Source: a virus (taxonomy: Duplodnaviria; Caudoviricetes). Taken from it: a DNA stretch of 50,965 bases. Location of the stretch: positions 1 to 50,965 of IMG/VR virus record IMGVR_UViG_3300037420_002479; one strand, given 5' to 3'. Shown here piece after piece: positions 10,249-19,584 of the stretch. The notes under the pieces are model-generated. The model worked only from the letters and a program-made list of their open reading frames with translations. It had not been told where the DNA came from and ran no database searches. The position numbers were made by a program, and so were the translations under genes. Each line of letters starts with the position of its first letter. Within the stretch, counting starts at the first letter, position 1.

Positions 10249-11445
10249 ATGGTTTTTCACGTCGATCGCGGCACAATTTTCAAACACGAAAGAACGCCTG
10301 AAGGCTTTCTGCGGGTTCACATGCGGATTGCCCGTGTGGGCGAACTGACCTACCGCAACGCAGATGGCTCAGAGCGAGTTGAGGTGGTTAGTCCTGAAGT
10401 TCTGTTTGATAAGGACAGCACCGACAGCTTCAAGATGAAGCCGATCACGCTGGGGCATCCACCTGTCAAAGTCACCTCTGAAAATGCAAGGCAGTATGAA
10501 CGCGGCATGACCGGGCACGCCATCACGATCGATGGTGATTTTTTGGGCATTGTCGGAACCGTGACTGACAAAGAAGCGATCGACGCGATCGAGCGAGGCG
10601 ATGCCAGTGAAGTCAGTTGTGGTTATGACGCTGAAATTGCCCTGAGAAGCGATGGCAAATACGACCAATTGAATCGATCTGGCAACCATGTTGCAGCGGT
10701 GAATCGTGGGCGTGCAGGCTCTGAGGTGCGCTTTGGGCTTGATGCGGCTGATTCGGCAGATGTTTGGGTGCAGAACAGTGACGAGGGAACAACAGAGCAA
10801 ATTAATCAACCTGTTAAAACCCCTACGCCCACACCCGAACCCAAACCTATGCGCCAAATCACGATCGGTGGAGAAGTGTTCTCGATCGACAACGACAAAC
10901 TCGCTGATTCTGTGCTGAAACTGCAAACTGACAGCGCTGACTCAGTTGCTAAAGTAACCGACCTGCAAAGCAAGCTTGATGCTGCTGAAGGTAAAGCCAC
11001 GGGTCTAGAAGCACAAGTTACAACTCTCACAACTAAATTGGATGCCGCAGAACAGACCCGCATGGATGCGGATCAAGTTTCTACCACCGTGTCAGAGCGC
11101 TTAGATGCTTGGGCTGTTGTTCTACCTGTGCTACGTGCCGATAAAGCCGACTATCAGCCTGACTACAAACTGCCTGTAGCTGACATTCGCAAGTTAGCGA
11201 TCGCTCTCAAGCTTCCCAACGTCAAACTCGACGGCAAATCGGATGAATACGTGAATGCCGTTTGGGACACGATCGCTCCGCAGTTGCAAGCGACTGAAAC
11301 CCGCGCAGACAGTAGCGATCCCCTGCATGAATTGGTGAGAACAGCTCAGAAAGAATTCGGTCAACGCCTAGACGCGATCGACGCTGCTAACCAAAAAGCA
11401 GCGAATGCTTACGAAAACGCTTGGAAGCAAGGAAGTGACAACTAA
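10249..11445 (+). CDS. DUF2213 prohead protease/scaffold
   Basis: TPEGFL, KPITLGHP, EVSCGY, NHVAAVNRGRAG; coiled-coil scaffold C-terminus. Confidence 0.88.
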   Translation: MVFHVDRGTIFKHERTPEGFLRVHMRIARVGELTYRNADGSERVEVVSPEVLFDKDSTDSFKMKPITLGHPPVKVTSENARQYERGMTGHAITIDGDFLGIVGTVTDKEAIDAIERGDASEVSCGYDAEIALRSDGKYDQLNRSGNHVAAVNRGRAGSEVRFGLDAADSADVWVQNSDEGTTEQINQPVKTPTPTPEPKPMRQITIGGEVFSIDNDKLADSVLKLQTDSADSVAKVTDLQSKLDAAEGKATGLEAQVTTLTTKLDAAEQTRMDADQVSTTVSERLDAWAVVLPVLRADKADYQPDYKLPVADIRKLAIALKLPNVKLDGKSDEYVNAVWDTIAPQLQATETRADSSDPLHELVRTAQKEFGQRLDAIDAANQKAANAYENAWKQGSDN

Positions 11446-11957
11446 TGGGAATCACCAACTACGGCGATTTAGCACGCGGGTATGAAGGGCAAATCGCCCG
11501 CACCGAAGATTACACAGTTCGGTCTGGATTTAACGCAGACACCAAAATTATTCCGTTTGGTCGGGTGGTTGTGCGTGGCACAGGTTCATCTGGAACTGAT
11601 GTTGCCTTGGCATTACCTTCTGCCACGGGTCAAGAGTTCATGGGCATTGCGGTTAAAACCGATGTCCATGAAAAGAACGAAAAAACCGTTGATGCGAATG
11701 GTGACCTTGGCTATGAACTGAAGCGACCGATGGGACGCATCGTTGAAGGCTTGTTCTATGGCTATGTCGAAGAGGCGGTAACGACTACCGACACCGTGTA
11801 TTTCCGCCATACCCTCAATGGCACACCCGGTGCCTATGAGCGAATTGGACGCTATCGCAATGACGCCGACACAGCAAAGTGTGATGCTGCCCCCCGTTTG
11901 AAATTCCGTGAAGCAGCAGGTCCTGGTCTAGTTCTGATGGAAATCATCAAGGGGTAA
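11445..11957 (+). CDS. Capsid cement/decoration protein
   Basis: IPFGRVVVRG motif; between DUF2213 and major capsid. Confidence 0.7.
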   Translation: MGITNYGDLARGYEGQIARTEDYTVRSGFNADTKIIPFGRVVVRGTGSSGTDVALALPSATGQEFMGIAVKTDVHEKNEKTVDANGDLGYELKRPMGRIVEGLFYGYVEEAVTTTDTVYFRHTLNGTPGAYERIGRYRNDADTAKCDAAPRLKFREAAGPGLVLMEIIKG

Positions 11958-11963
11958 TTTGAC

Positions 11964-12893
11964 ATGACGACATTTCGTACTGATAGCGCGGGTCTATTTC
12001 TCAAACGTTGGTTAGAGCAGAAGCTTCCTGGAGTTCTAGAGAAGCGCTACCGCAAACTGCAATTTGAAAACGGCACGATCGTGCCCACAATGGCAGACTT
12101 GCAGCCCGGAGCTGCAACGCTGATTCAAGAGCAAATGGAAGTGGTCGGAGAAGCCGCGATCGTAGCGGATGAAGCCTTCGACATTCCCCTTGCAGATGTG
12201 GGTTCTGAAGAAGTCCAGTTCAAGATCATTGCGGTCTTTTCTGGCTTCCATTTCACATTCCGGCAGATGCAGGCAGCACAGTTTTCTAATGTGCCTCTGA
12301 GTGATAAGAAAGCATTTGCAGCTCGGCGCGCGATCGCAGAGAAAATGAACAAAATTGCGGCATTTGGTGCTGCAAAATACGACTGCACAGGTTTTCTAAA
12401 TAATCCCGATGTGCCCGTAGACAACAGCTCATTTGATCCAGACGCTGCTACAGCAGATGAATTTGTTGAATGGTTCATTGATGAGATTATTTCGGTTGAG
12501 TCGAGCACCGAACTGACTGAATCGCCTACCACGGCACTGGTTACGCCAGAACTGCACGGCACTATGCTGAAGAAGCGGCTGAGCGGAACCGATATGAATG
12601 TCAAGCAGTACATTCTAGAGAACACCGACCTGGTAGACATTCGCAAGGTGACGGAACTCAAGAGCGCTACCCTCGAAGCCAACGGCGTACAAGCCGGTGG
12701 TACCAACAAGGACCGCGTTCTACTCTATCCGCTCGATCCTGAGATTGTTGAACGTCATATCGAGATGACCAAACCATTGCCTGAAGAGTATCGCAATGCG
12801 AAATACATCACACCGATGTATGCGTGCACCTCTCCTGTAATTTGGAATTTCCCCAAAGCAGGACGGGCGATCGATTACGTTAAAGCATCATAG
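11964..12893 (+). CDS. Major capsid protein (DUF2184 / encapsulin-like HK97 fold)
   Basis: KAFAARRAIAEKMNKIAAFG...GFLNNP motif; 309 aa; synteny. Confidence 0.85.
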   Translation: MTTFRTDSAGLFLKRWLEQKLPGVLEKRYRKLQFENGTIVPTMADLQPGAATLIQEQMEVVGEAAIVADEAFDIPLADVGSEEVQFKIIAVFSGFHFTFRQMQAAQFSNVPLSDKKAFAARRAIAEKMNKIAAFGAAKYDCTGFLNNPDVPVDNSSFDPDAATADEFVEWFIDEIISVESSTELTESPTTALVTPELHGTMLKKRLSGTDMNVKQYILENTDLVDIRKVTELKSATLEANGVQAGGTNKDRVLLYPLDPEIVERHIEMTKPLPEEYRNAKYITPMYACTSPVIWNFPKAGRAIDYVKAS

Positions 12894-12903
12894 GGGGAAC
12901 TAA

Positions 12904-13278
12904 ATGAAACTCGTTTTATTCCGTCCTGAGAAGCTCAATCCTCCCCGTCGTGGAGAGCAATACTACGATCGTATGCGCCTTGACCCAGGCACGAATCATC
13001 GTTCTGAAGAGGATGTCAAGAAGCTGCAAGCTCATCCTGACTATGCCCAGCACAGCGGATGGGGCGCGATCGAAGTGATTGAAGAGAAAACGACCATCGC
13101 TAAGAAAACCCCTGTCGAATCTGGCTTGGATAAACTCTCTGAGGAAGATGCTCAGAGAGTGATTGAAGCCACCTTCGATATTCCGTTGCTTGAAGGCTAT
13201 CTTGCCAAAGAGCAGCGCAAAGCGATCGTCAATCTGCTAAATCGTCGTATCACTGAGCTGAAAAAAGGCGCGGCATGA
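12904..13278 (+). CDS. Hypothetical head-associated protein
   Basis: ORF after capsid with GGGGA RBS; helical C-terminus. Confidence 0.65.
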   Translation: MKLVLFRPEKLNPPRRGEQYYDRMRLDPGTNHRSEEDVKKLQAHPDYAQHSGWGAIEVIEEKTTIAKKTPVESGLDKLSEEDAQRVIEATFDIPLLEGYLAKEQRKAIVNLLNRRITELKKGAA

Positions 13279-14027
13279 GCCTCTCACCGTTTCCCACAAA
13301 CGCTCGATTGACATTCCATCTCCCCACAGGACAGACCGTGACGGACCCCGCAACGGGCAACGTCATCTCTGTGCTGGGGGATTTGGATATTGAATGCTAC
13401 TTAAAGCCAGATGGGGTGCAATCAAACCGTGCGGTAGCTGATTTATCGCCAGGGGTGCAAACCCCCACGGAAACGATGAGCGGGCGCATGACGAACCCTA
13501 TCTATGTGCCCGCTTCAATTCCGGTGCTGGCAGAAGCTGATGCCATTATTGGTGGTCGCACAGGCAAATTTCTAATGCGAGTTCCAACTCAGGACGTGTG
13601 GGGCATCCGGGATGTGTTGGGTGACAAAATCTACGGGACCTTCACCGCACTCAAGGAGACAACACCCGTGCCAGTGGTAGATAGTGGGTTGACGAGTGCG
13701 ATCGCGCTTGAGACTAATCGCCTTGTTGCGGTGATTGATGGGCTATTGGTCTATGCGGATCAATCCATCTTGGCTCATGCCTATGCGATCGTTGGTATGA
13801 CCAAAGCCTCTACAAATCCCGGTCAATCGGTGGTGTTGCTCTCAGAAGGAGTGATTAGTAGTTCAGAGTGGAATTGGACGCCGGGAGAACCGTTATTTGT
13901 GGGCACCAATGGGCAACTGACACAGGATGCAGACTCAATCACAAGTGGGTTCTTCGCATCAGCAGGGCGCGTGATTACGCCACAGCAGATTTATCTTGAT
14001 GTGGAGGAAGACCCCATTGAACTTTAA
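13275..14027 (+). CDS. Putative head-closure / neck protein with C-terminal beta domain
   Basis: ATGA overlap; C-terminal WNWTPGEPLFVGTNGQLT motif seen in phage structural proteins. Confidence 0.55.
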   Translation: MSLSPFPTNARLTFHLPTGQTVTDPATGNVISVLGDLDIECYLKPDGVQSNRAVADLSPGVQTPTETMSGRMTNPIYVPASIPVLAEADAIIGGRTGKFLMRVPTQDVWGIRDVLGDKIYGTFTALKETTPVPVVDSGLTSAIALETNRLVAVIDGLLVYADQSILAHAYAIVGMTKASTNPGQSVVLLSEGVISSSEWNWTPGEPLFVGTNGQLTQDADSITSGFFASAGRVITPQQIYLDVEEDPIEL

Positions 14028-14418
14028 ATTAAATCCTCAAGGAATTAAGAAATTAAATGGAGCGATCGACAAAGCATTCAAGGCAACCGTAGAGGCATAC
14101 GGTGATGAATGCAAGGCAGCGATCGAGTCTCCCATTTGGGAGTGGGACGGCATTACCCATCGACGCAACGGCTCGATCGCATCCAGTCCGCGTGACATTG
14201 TTGATTTGGGTGAACTGCGTGATTCGCAGGAAATCAGCTTCCCCGACTCAAGTACAGGAAAAGTCGAGTATACGGCTGCTCATTCTGCGGCAGTTCACGA
14301 GGGGCATGTTACGAGCAACGGCTCGATCGTTCCTGGTCGTCCGTGGACAGAGGAAGCTGCACGAAACACCGATTTTGAAGGCATTATGGGGGAAGTTCTG
14401 AAGCGAGAATTGTCGTGA
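14017..14418 (+). CDS. HK97 gp10-like tail completion protein
   Basis: RDIVDLGELRDS, AVHEGH, PGRPW; TTG start with GGAGG RBS. Confidence 0.72.
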   Translation: MNFKLNPQGIKKLNGAIDKAFKATVEAYGDECKAAIESPIWEWDGITHRRNGSIASSPRDIVDLGELRDSQEISFPDSSTGKVEYTAAHSAAVHEGHVTSNGSIVPGRPWTEEAARNTDFEGIMGEVLKRELS

Positions 14419-15143
14419 CTGAGCAAATTTGGGAATTTCGAGAAGTGCAGTCCAATTCGAGCACGTTTCGGAGAACGATCTTGCAACAATTGGTCGTTAT
14501 TCAGGGCGATCTACGAACTCGACCTATTCATGTGCATGGGGTTCGATGGGAGAGTCGCTTAAATGAAGCCACTCACTTTACGATCAGTCTCTCGCTGCAA
14601 TCAGAGCGGGTTCTGTGTGACTCGTCAGGCATTGCAATTGATGGAGTAGCTTTGTCAGCAGAATCTATCGAAGCAGTTTCGCAGCCTGGTCATTTTTGTT
14701 GGGATTTAGAAGTTGAATTAATACCTAGAGAGCGAATTGATTATCCCCACGAAAACATTCATCGCCTTTTTGCCCCCGTTCACCCAATGGTCGTGACAGC
14801 ACAACGGCGTCGGATGCATTCTGCTGGTGTATATTTTACGTTTGCTGCCGCAGAGGGTATCCGGGCAGGAGTTGCAGTAGAGAATATACGGGTAGGAGAG
14901 TTTGTTGAGTTGGGTGCAGATAGGTTGCTGCGACGTGCCCGATCCATTCCAGAAGAATTTTCTCATTTGCCTCGCGTTGGGTTAGTCGGGATTGACTATG
15001 CTGAGGCAGAACCACCAAAGCCTCAAGCGCCTACCATCTGCCAAAATTGCCGCAACTATCACGGGCAATCCTATGGTGGTAATTTCATGGTGTGTGGCAT
15101 TCATCCCTATGGCAATGGAGAAGACTGTAGCGATGCAGAATGA
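14415..15143 (+). CDS. Hypothetical protein with C-terminal Cys/His cluster (CxxC...CGIHPYG)
   Basis: GTGA overlap; CQNCRNYHG...VCGIHPYG. Confidence 0.6.
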   Translation: MTEQIWEFREVQSNSSTFRRTILQQLVVIQGDLRTRPIHVHGVRWESRLNEATHFTISLSLQSERVLCDSSGIAIDGVALSAESIEAVSQPGHFCWDLEVELIPRERIDYPHENIHRLFAPVHPMVVTAQRRRMHSAGVYFTFAAAEGIRAGVAVENIRVGEFVELGADRLLRRARSIPEEFSHLPRVGLVGIDYAEAEPPKPQAPTICQNCRNYHGQSYGGNFMVCGIHPYGNGEDCSDAE

Positions 15144-15320
15144 TGCAATTCCCATTGGCTCTACCGTTGTATTTAATGGGCTTGTTCTAACAAAAATTGC
15201 TGATGATGGGGTTGAGGTCTACTTAAGCCCAACCTGGAAAAGCGATCGGGGCGATACGTTTGTGCTCAGCGATCAGGCGATTCGTAAGTTTGGCTGCTTC
15301 AAGGACTTAAAGGTTGCTGA

Positions 15321-15722
15321 ATGAACGTTACAGAACTCCGCACCCAGATTCAAGACGCATTAGTTGATGAAATTGGCACTTATGCCCTCACAGGTGGCGC
15401 TACAACACCTGCGATCATTGTGCTTGATAGTGGTGATGTGGTCAGCGATCGGACAGTGACGGGACTAGAAGTGGTAATTCGTCGCACTCCAATTTCTGAC
15501 GACGGTAAGCCTACCTTTGACGCTGTGAGAGCTGCTAAGGTGTGGCAAATCTTCTTGGTGCAGTGGAATGGAAACTACACCCTAGAAGCCGCCAAGGATA
15601 AGCTCAGACGAAAATTCCCTAACACTCGCGCCGTTCCTATCAAGGTAGAAAAAGGCAGCGGTATTAGGGAACAAATTTCAGTCAGGATTCCGGATGATCT
15701 AGAGTTCGACGACTGGCTCTAG
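15321..15722 (+). CDS. Putative tail terminator protein
   Basis: 133 aa; position upstream of tail tube; WQIFLVQW strand. Confidence 0.55.
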   Translation: MNVTELRTQIQDALVDEIGTYALTGGATTPAIIVLDSGDVVSDRTVTGLEVVIRRTPISDDGKPTFDAVRAAKVWQIFLVQWNGNYTLEAAKDKLRRKFPNTRAVPIKVEKGSGIREQISVRIPDDLEFDDWL

Positions 15723-16165
15723 GCTTGGGGTTCAGCGTGTTCTGCATCAGCTTCATCTAAGGAGCCGTGGGACTCTTCAGCAGGTTCAGCTTGGGGTGCA
15801 GGGGTTTCCTCGGTAGGAGCTGGGCTGGTTTCAGGAGCGGGGGCTGGTTCGGCTGCTGGTGCAGGGGCTGCGACGGGAGATAGTACTCCAGAGATCGCTT
15901 CATTCAATGCCTCAACTTTGTGCGCTAACTCAACCAATGCCTCTTGCTCTTCGGTTTCTAGACCCGTTTGCATTTGGGCAATCTGACCATTTAGGTTTGA
16001 GATCGTTGCATCTTTTAACTGTGATTGAGCAAGGGCATCGTTGAGTTGCTGTTGAAGTTCTTGCTTCTCAGCTTCTTTACGATCGACCAATCCCTTAAAG
16101 TGCTCAATGTTTTTGCTCATTGAGTCGAGCAGTTGATTGTAGAAAAGAATGTTGATGGTTGTCAT
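15719..16165 (-). CDS. Hypothetical coiled-coil protein with Pro/Ala/Glu-rich tail
   Basis: 148-aa ORF on opposite strand with its own GGGAAA motif (16200-16205). Confidence 0.65.
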   Translation of the reverse strand: MTTINILFYNQLLDSMSKNIEHFKGLVDRKEAEKQELQQQLNDALAQSQLKDATISNLNGQIAQMQTGLETEEQEALVELAHKVEALNEAISGVLSPVAAPAPAAEPAPAPETSPAPTEETPAPQAEPAEESHGSLDEADAEHAEPQA

Positions 16166-16255
16166 AGCGATCGGGCGTTGTGTAAACGTCGCCGTTAGCT
16201 TTCCCGTGGGTAGGAATTCTCAGCCTGATCATCCAGATCTGGAGACAGAATTTCA

Positions 16256-17189
16256 ATGGGAAAGAAGTTTCAAACTGGGGCAGGCGACAAATGCAAAATG
16301 TATGTCGCGTTGCTACCCTTGGGCGATCGGACGGAACCCGTTTCGATCAACGGAATTGCAACTAGCAGCAGCGGCATTACTGCCAACGCGACCACGATCA
16401 ACTTAGGTGCTGCTGTCGGTGGTGTGGGAATTGGCGGCGGAACTCCACTAGAGTTTGCTAACTCAGGTGGTACGAAGGTCAAGGTTTACTTGACGGCTGA
16501 TGCAAAGGCTGATGACACAGTTTTGCAGATTGAGCCTGCTGCAACGACCGTTGCTGGGGTTTGCACCGCAACTTACGTTCCAAAGTTACGCCTCGTGGGT
16601 GGCACGTCATCTAGCCCTAAGATCTCCAACAAAACCCAAGATTCCTTGGTGTTTGAAGATCAGCTAGGTTTTGATGACAGCTTGGTGGTATCTTCGTCAT
16701 GGGAGATCCCGTGGACGGCAAACTTACTGGCTGATGACGACGCCTATCGACGCATCTATTTCGCCGCCACACACGGTACGTCAGGACGGGAAGTGTGGGT
16801 ATGGCAGACAGATCCGCCTCCGACTGGCTTCACCACAGGCGACGGCTTGAAGGGTGCGTGTATCGTGACTGATTTCTCGAAAGATCTGAAGAGCGACGGT
16901 ATGTATGATGCCGCCTAATCCAGGAATGGATTAGTGAACCGGGGTGAATTGCTGGAAACCTAAAGCGGTAACGCCAAGGCAATCAGCAGCCAAGCTAGGG
17001 ATACATCCTTAGAAGGTTCAGAGACTACCTGAGAGGTTCAGACCTCTTAATAACAGGCTAGAGTGCCCCGCATCCAGAACGGATGAAGATATAGTCCAAC
17101 CCTGCCGGAAACGGAGGAGTAAGTTGATCCTTACATTTCAGACAACTTTCCGAGGAAATGGGTCACCTACGATCACCCGCTATTTGTAA
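16256..17189 (+). CDS. Tail tube (major tail) protein, spliced: join(16256..16900,17127..17189), 235 aa
   Basis: Removing the intron restores ...DLKSDG|ILTFQTTFRGNGSPTITRYL*, a typical tail-tube C-terminus; sits upstream of the chaperone. Confidence 0.85.
16901..17126 (+). ncRNA. Group I self-splicing intron (226 nt, no homing endonuclease; P7.1 suggests subgroup IA)
   Basis: P AATTGCTGGAAA 16947, Q AATCAGCAGCC 16981, R GTTCAGAGACTA 17016, S AAGATATAGTCC 17086; exon ends in U, intron ends in G; P1-P10 pairings found. Confidence 0.93.
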
Positions 17190-17197
17190 TTCGTAGG

Positions 17198-17233
17198 ACA
17201 AAAGCTAGGCAATTGAATCTGCCTAGCTTTTGT
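17198..17233 (+). terminator. Rho-independent terminator after tail tube gene
   Basis: ACAAAAGCTAGGCA / TGCCTAGCTTTTGT stem with T-tract. Confidence 0.75.
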
Positions 17234-17393
17234 TTATTTGCCCTTCAATTTTTCGTAGTCTTGAGGTGTGTCAAAGTTGCTGACAAAGAAACCGCACAAT
17301 CGGAGGAGTTGAGCGGAAATGCGATCGTGCGGCTACGCTAGACATTCCTACGGGGTGGGAATCTCTAAGGCGTTGTTGAGCGAGAGAAACGCT

Positions 17394-18167
17394 ATGCTGC
17401 CTTTTAAAGTTGCACCCACCAAGAAATACGAAACCGTTGATGTTGGCAACGAAGAAATCGGAATTTTAGCGATCGAGAAGTACGAAAATCTCACCCAGGT
17501 TGAACGACGCTTTGTTAAAGAACAGAATCTATATAACTACAGCTTTGAGCTTGCCACCCTTGCCAAGCGGGTTTCTCGCGAAACAGGTGCTCATTTTGCC
17601 TATGTCAACGATCGAATCAATGCCTATCTCTTCGGTGGCGTGATCGAAAATGACACCGTGACGGTAGATGGCAAGCAAGGTAAGGTCATCAAGGTTGAGA
17701 CTGTTGGTGGAGCTGAATCTGTCACGGTGTCGTTTGATAGCAATGTAGAAGTCACGACCCCGATCGAGGGTATTGAACTGGTTAGCCCGGATTGGTACGC
17801 AGACTACTACAGCGATATCAATGCTCTCACCACGGCATATATTGAGTCTCTGCCCATGCAGAACTATGTCTATGCCTGCGCCATTATCCGGTTCCGCCTT
17901 GACCCAAGCTGGACATTAGAGCAAACGCTGAATCCAGACGAGATCGACTACGAATTGGTGTGCGCGATCGCTAACTTTGCCTACCAGGAAAAGAATGGCT
18001 GGGCAAAGGCAGAACCCAAGCAACCTTCTACCGATGAAGAGTTGGGAAAATCCTCGACGGCGAGCAAGAACCCGACTGGGAAGGAATCTACTGGCGACTC
18101 CAACGCTACTGGGGACATGATCCCCGATTCAACCACAGAAACTTTGCCTTCCAGCCCATCAGCTTAA
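17394..18167 (+). CDS. Tail assembly chaperone (gpG-like, 257 aa)
   Basis: ATG 17394 follows GGGAAT motif; between tail tube and TMP; contains slippery G GGA AAA. Confidence 0.75.
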   Translation: MLPFKVAPTKKYETVDVGNEEIGILAIEKYENLTQVERRFVKEQNLYNYSFELATLAKRVSRETGAHFAYVNDRINAYLFGGVIENDTVTVDGKQGKVIKVETVGGAESVTVSFDSNVEVTTPIEGIELVSPDWYADYYSDINALTTAYIESLPMQNYVYACAIIRFRLDPSWTLEQTLNPDEIDYELVCAIANFAYQEKNGWAKAEPKQPSTDEELGKSSTASKNPTGKESTGDSNATGDMIPDSTTETLPSSPSA

Positions 18168-18688
18168 TTTTTCAAGCCCTAGAGTGGGGAGCAAAGCTGC
18201 ACCATGAAGAGTTACATCTGCATGAACTCGGCATCGCCACCCTCTCTAGTTTGTTTGTTAATGCCAATCGCGGCAAAGACAGTGAGGCGGCAAAACCGTC
18301 TGATTTTTATTACTTTCAATCTGCCAGTGGGGAATCGGTTTCGATTCCGGCTGCGGCGTGTGATGCCTTCTTTAGTTGTGTGCGCGATGGCTTGATGCCT
18401 GCGTGGTCAGTGCCCCTGTGCCCGATCGATAGGCTCCAATCGAGTCGAGCAAATGGCAAAGTCCCCCGTCCGCGTGTGTGGGTTGGGGATGGCGTTGTGC
18501 TGTTGCTCCCTCGCGTTGAGGGTAAACAGGTGCTTGCTCCGTTTGCTGTGATTGAGGGGGCAGAGGGCATTGTGGATGTGAAAGACCCGGATAGTGAAAC
18601 CTGGTTCGCGATCGAGGTTCCGGGTGAGGATTGCTGGATGTTGGATGCTGAGTTTGCATTGGTTGAGTCGAAAATCATTCTGCTTTGA
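17394..18688 (+). CDS. Tail assembly chaperone frameshift product (gpGT-like, about 431 aa)
   Basis: -1 frame is open from the slippery site 18044 into ORF 18251..18688. Confidence 0.75.
18044..18050 (+). other. -1 programmed ribosomal frameshift heptamer GGGAAAA
   Basis: X XXY YYZ in the correct frame (TTG GGA AAA), analogous to lambda G-T GGGAAAG. Confidence 0.8.
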
Positions 18689-19036
18689 TGGGTTTTGTGT
18701 ATGATGTTGGCGGGCGTTTTATGCCGAGTAACTTAGCCCTTCTCAAATTGGCTCGGTTGACAATCGGAAGAATGAAGCGATCGAGGCTCTGACGTTAAGG
18801 AGCACAGAATTCCCGTTGAGCCGTGTCTTTGCCTGTGTTGCAGGATTTGCGACCAAAGATGTAGGGATTGTGCGAAGCACGTTAACGGCTCCCTCACTAG
18901 CGCAACGTGTGAGGACTATACAGATCAGGCAAGAAGCGATCGTTGCTAGTCGGCTTGCAGCAACAGAACCTCTATCCATTGGGTAGGGGTTTTGTGTTGA
19001 GTAGGAAATCTGCGATCGTCGTTTCACACGATCGTA

Positions 19037-19471
19037 ATGACTCAATTAATTGACTGGAATAACCCCTCTGCCTCAGTTAGCCAACATTTCACCGTGGCAG
19101 AAGTCACTCAAAATGACGATCGCCGCATCCCTGCGGTTGGCTCGGATGAAGAGGCTGCCATCCTCAAACTGGCAGCGGAATTAGACAAAATTCGAGAGGC
19201 ATGGGGTAGTGCGATCGGGGTTACGTCCTGGTATCGCCCCTATGCCTTAAATCTCGAAGTGGGTGGTGTGTCGAACTCGCAGCACATCTATGGTTCTGCG
19301 GCTGATATCTACACGATGGACGATCGGAATGAGGAGTTTGAAGCCTTTCTAGACAAAAACTGGGGCGGTGGCTTGGGCTATGGCATTGCCAGTGGACGCG
19401 GATTTACCCACTGCGATTTGCGTGGAGGTGGGTTTAAATCTGGCGATGGATCGATTCGCTGGATGTACTAG
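19037..19471 (+). CDS. Peptidase M15 family zinc peptidase (likely endolysin)
   Basis: TSWYRP..N..VGG..NSQH.YG.AAD...FTHCD. Confidence 0.88.
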   Translation: MTQLIDWNNPSASVSQHFTVAEVTQNDDRRIPAVGSDEEAAILKLAAELDKIREAWGSAIGVTSWYRPYALNLEVGGVSNSQHIYGSAADIYTMDDRNEEFEAFLDKNWGGGLGYGIASGRGFTHCDLRGGGFKSGDGSIRWMY

Positions 19472-19584
19472 ACAAAACAACCCCTCCTCGACAGTGAGAG
19501 AAGGGGCATATATTCAGGGTGCATCTACCAGCCCACCATTCTAATTGCTCATAGGAACCCTACCTCAGAAATTTGGGCTAGGGC

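Noticed and set aside
16256-16918. 220-aa tail tube ending MYDAA
   Set aside because: The stop lies inside the group I intron; the spliced 235-aa product is preferred
18743-19045. 100-aa minus-strand ORF
   Set aside because: Overlaps the peptidase start and its promoter motif and has no recognisable features; left uncalled
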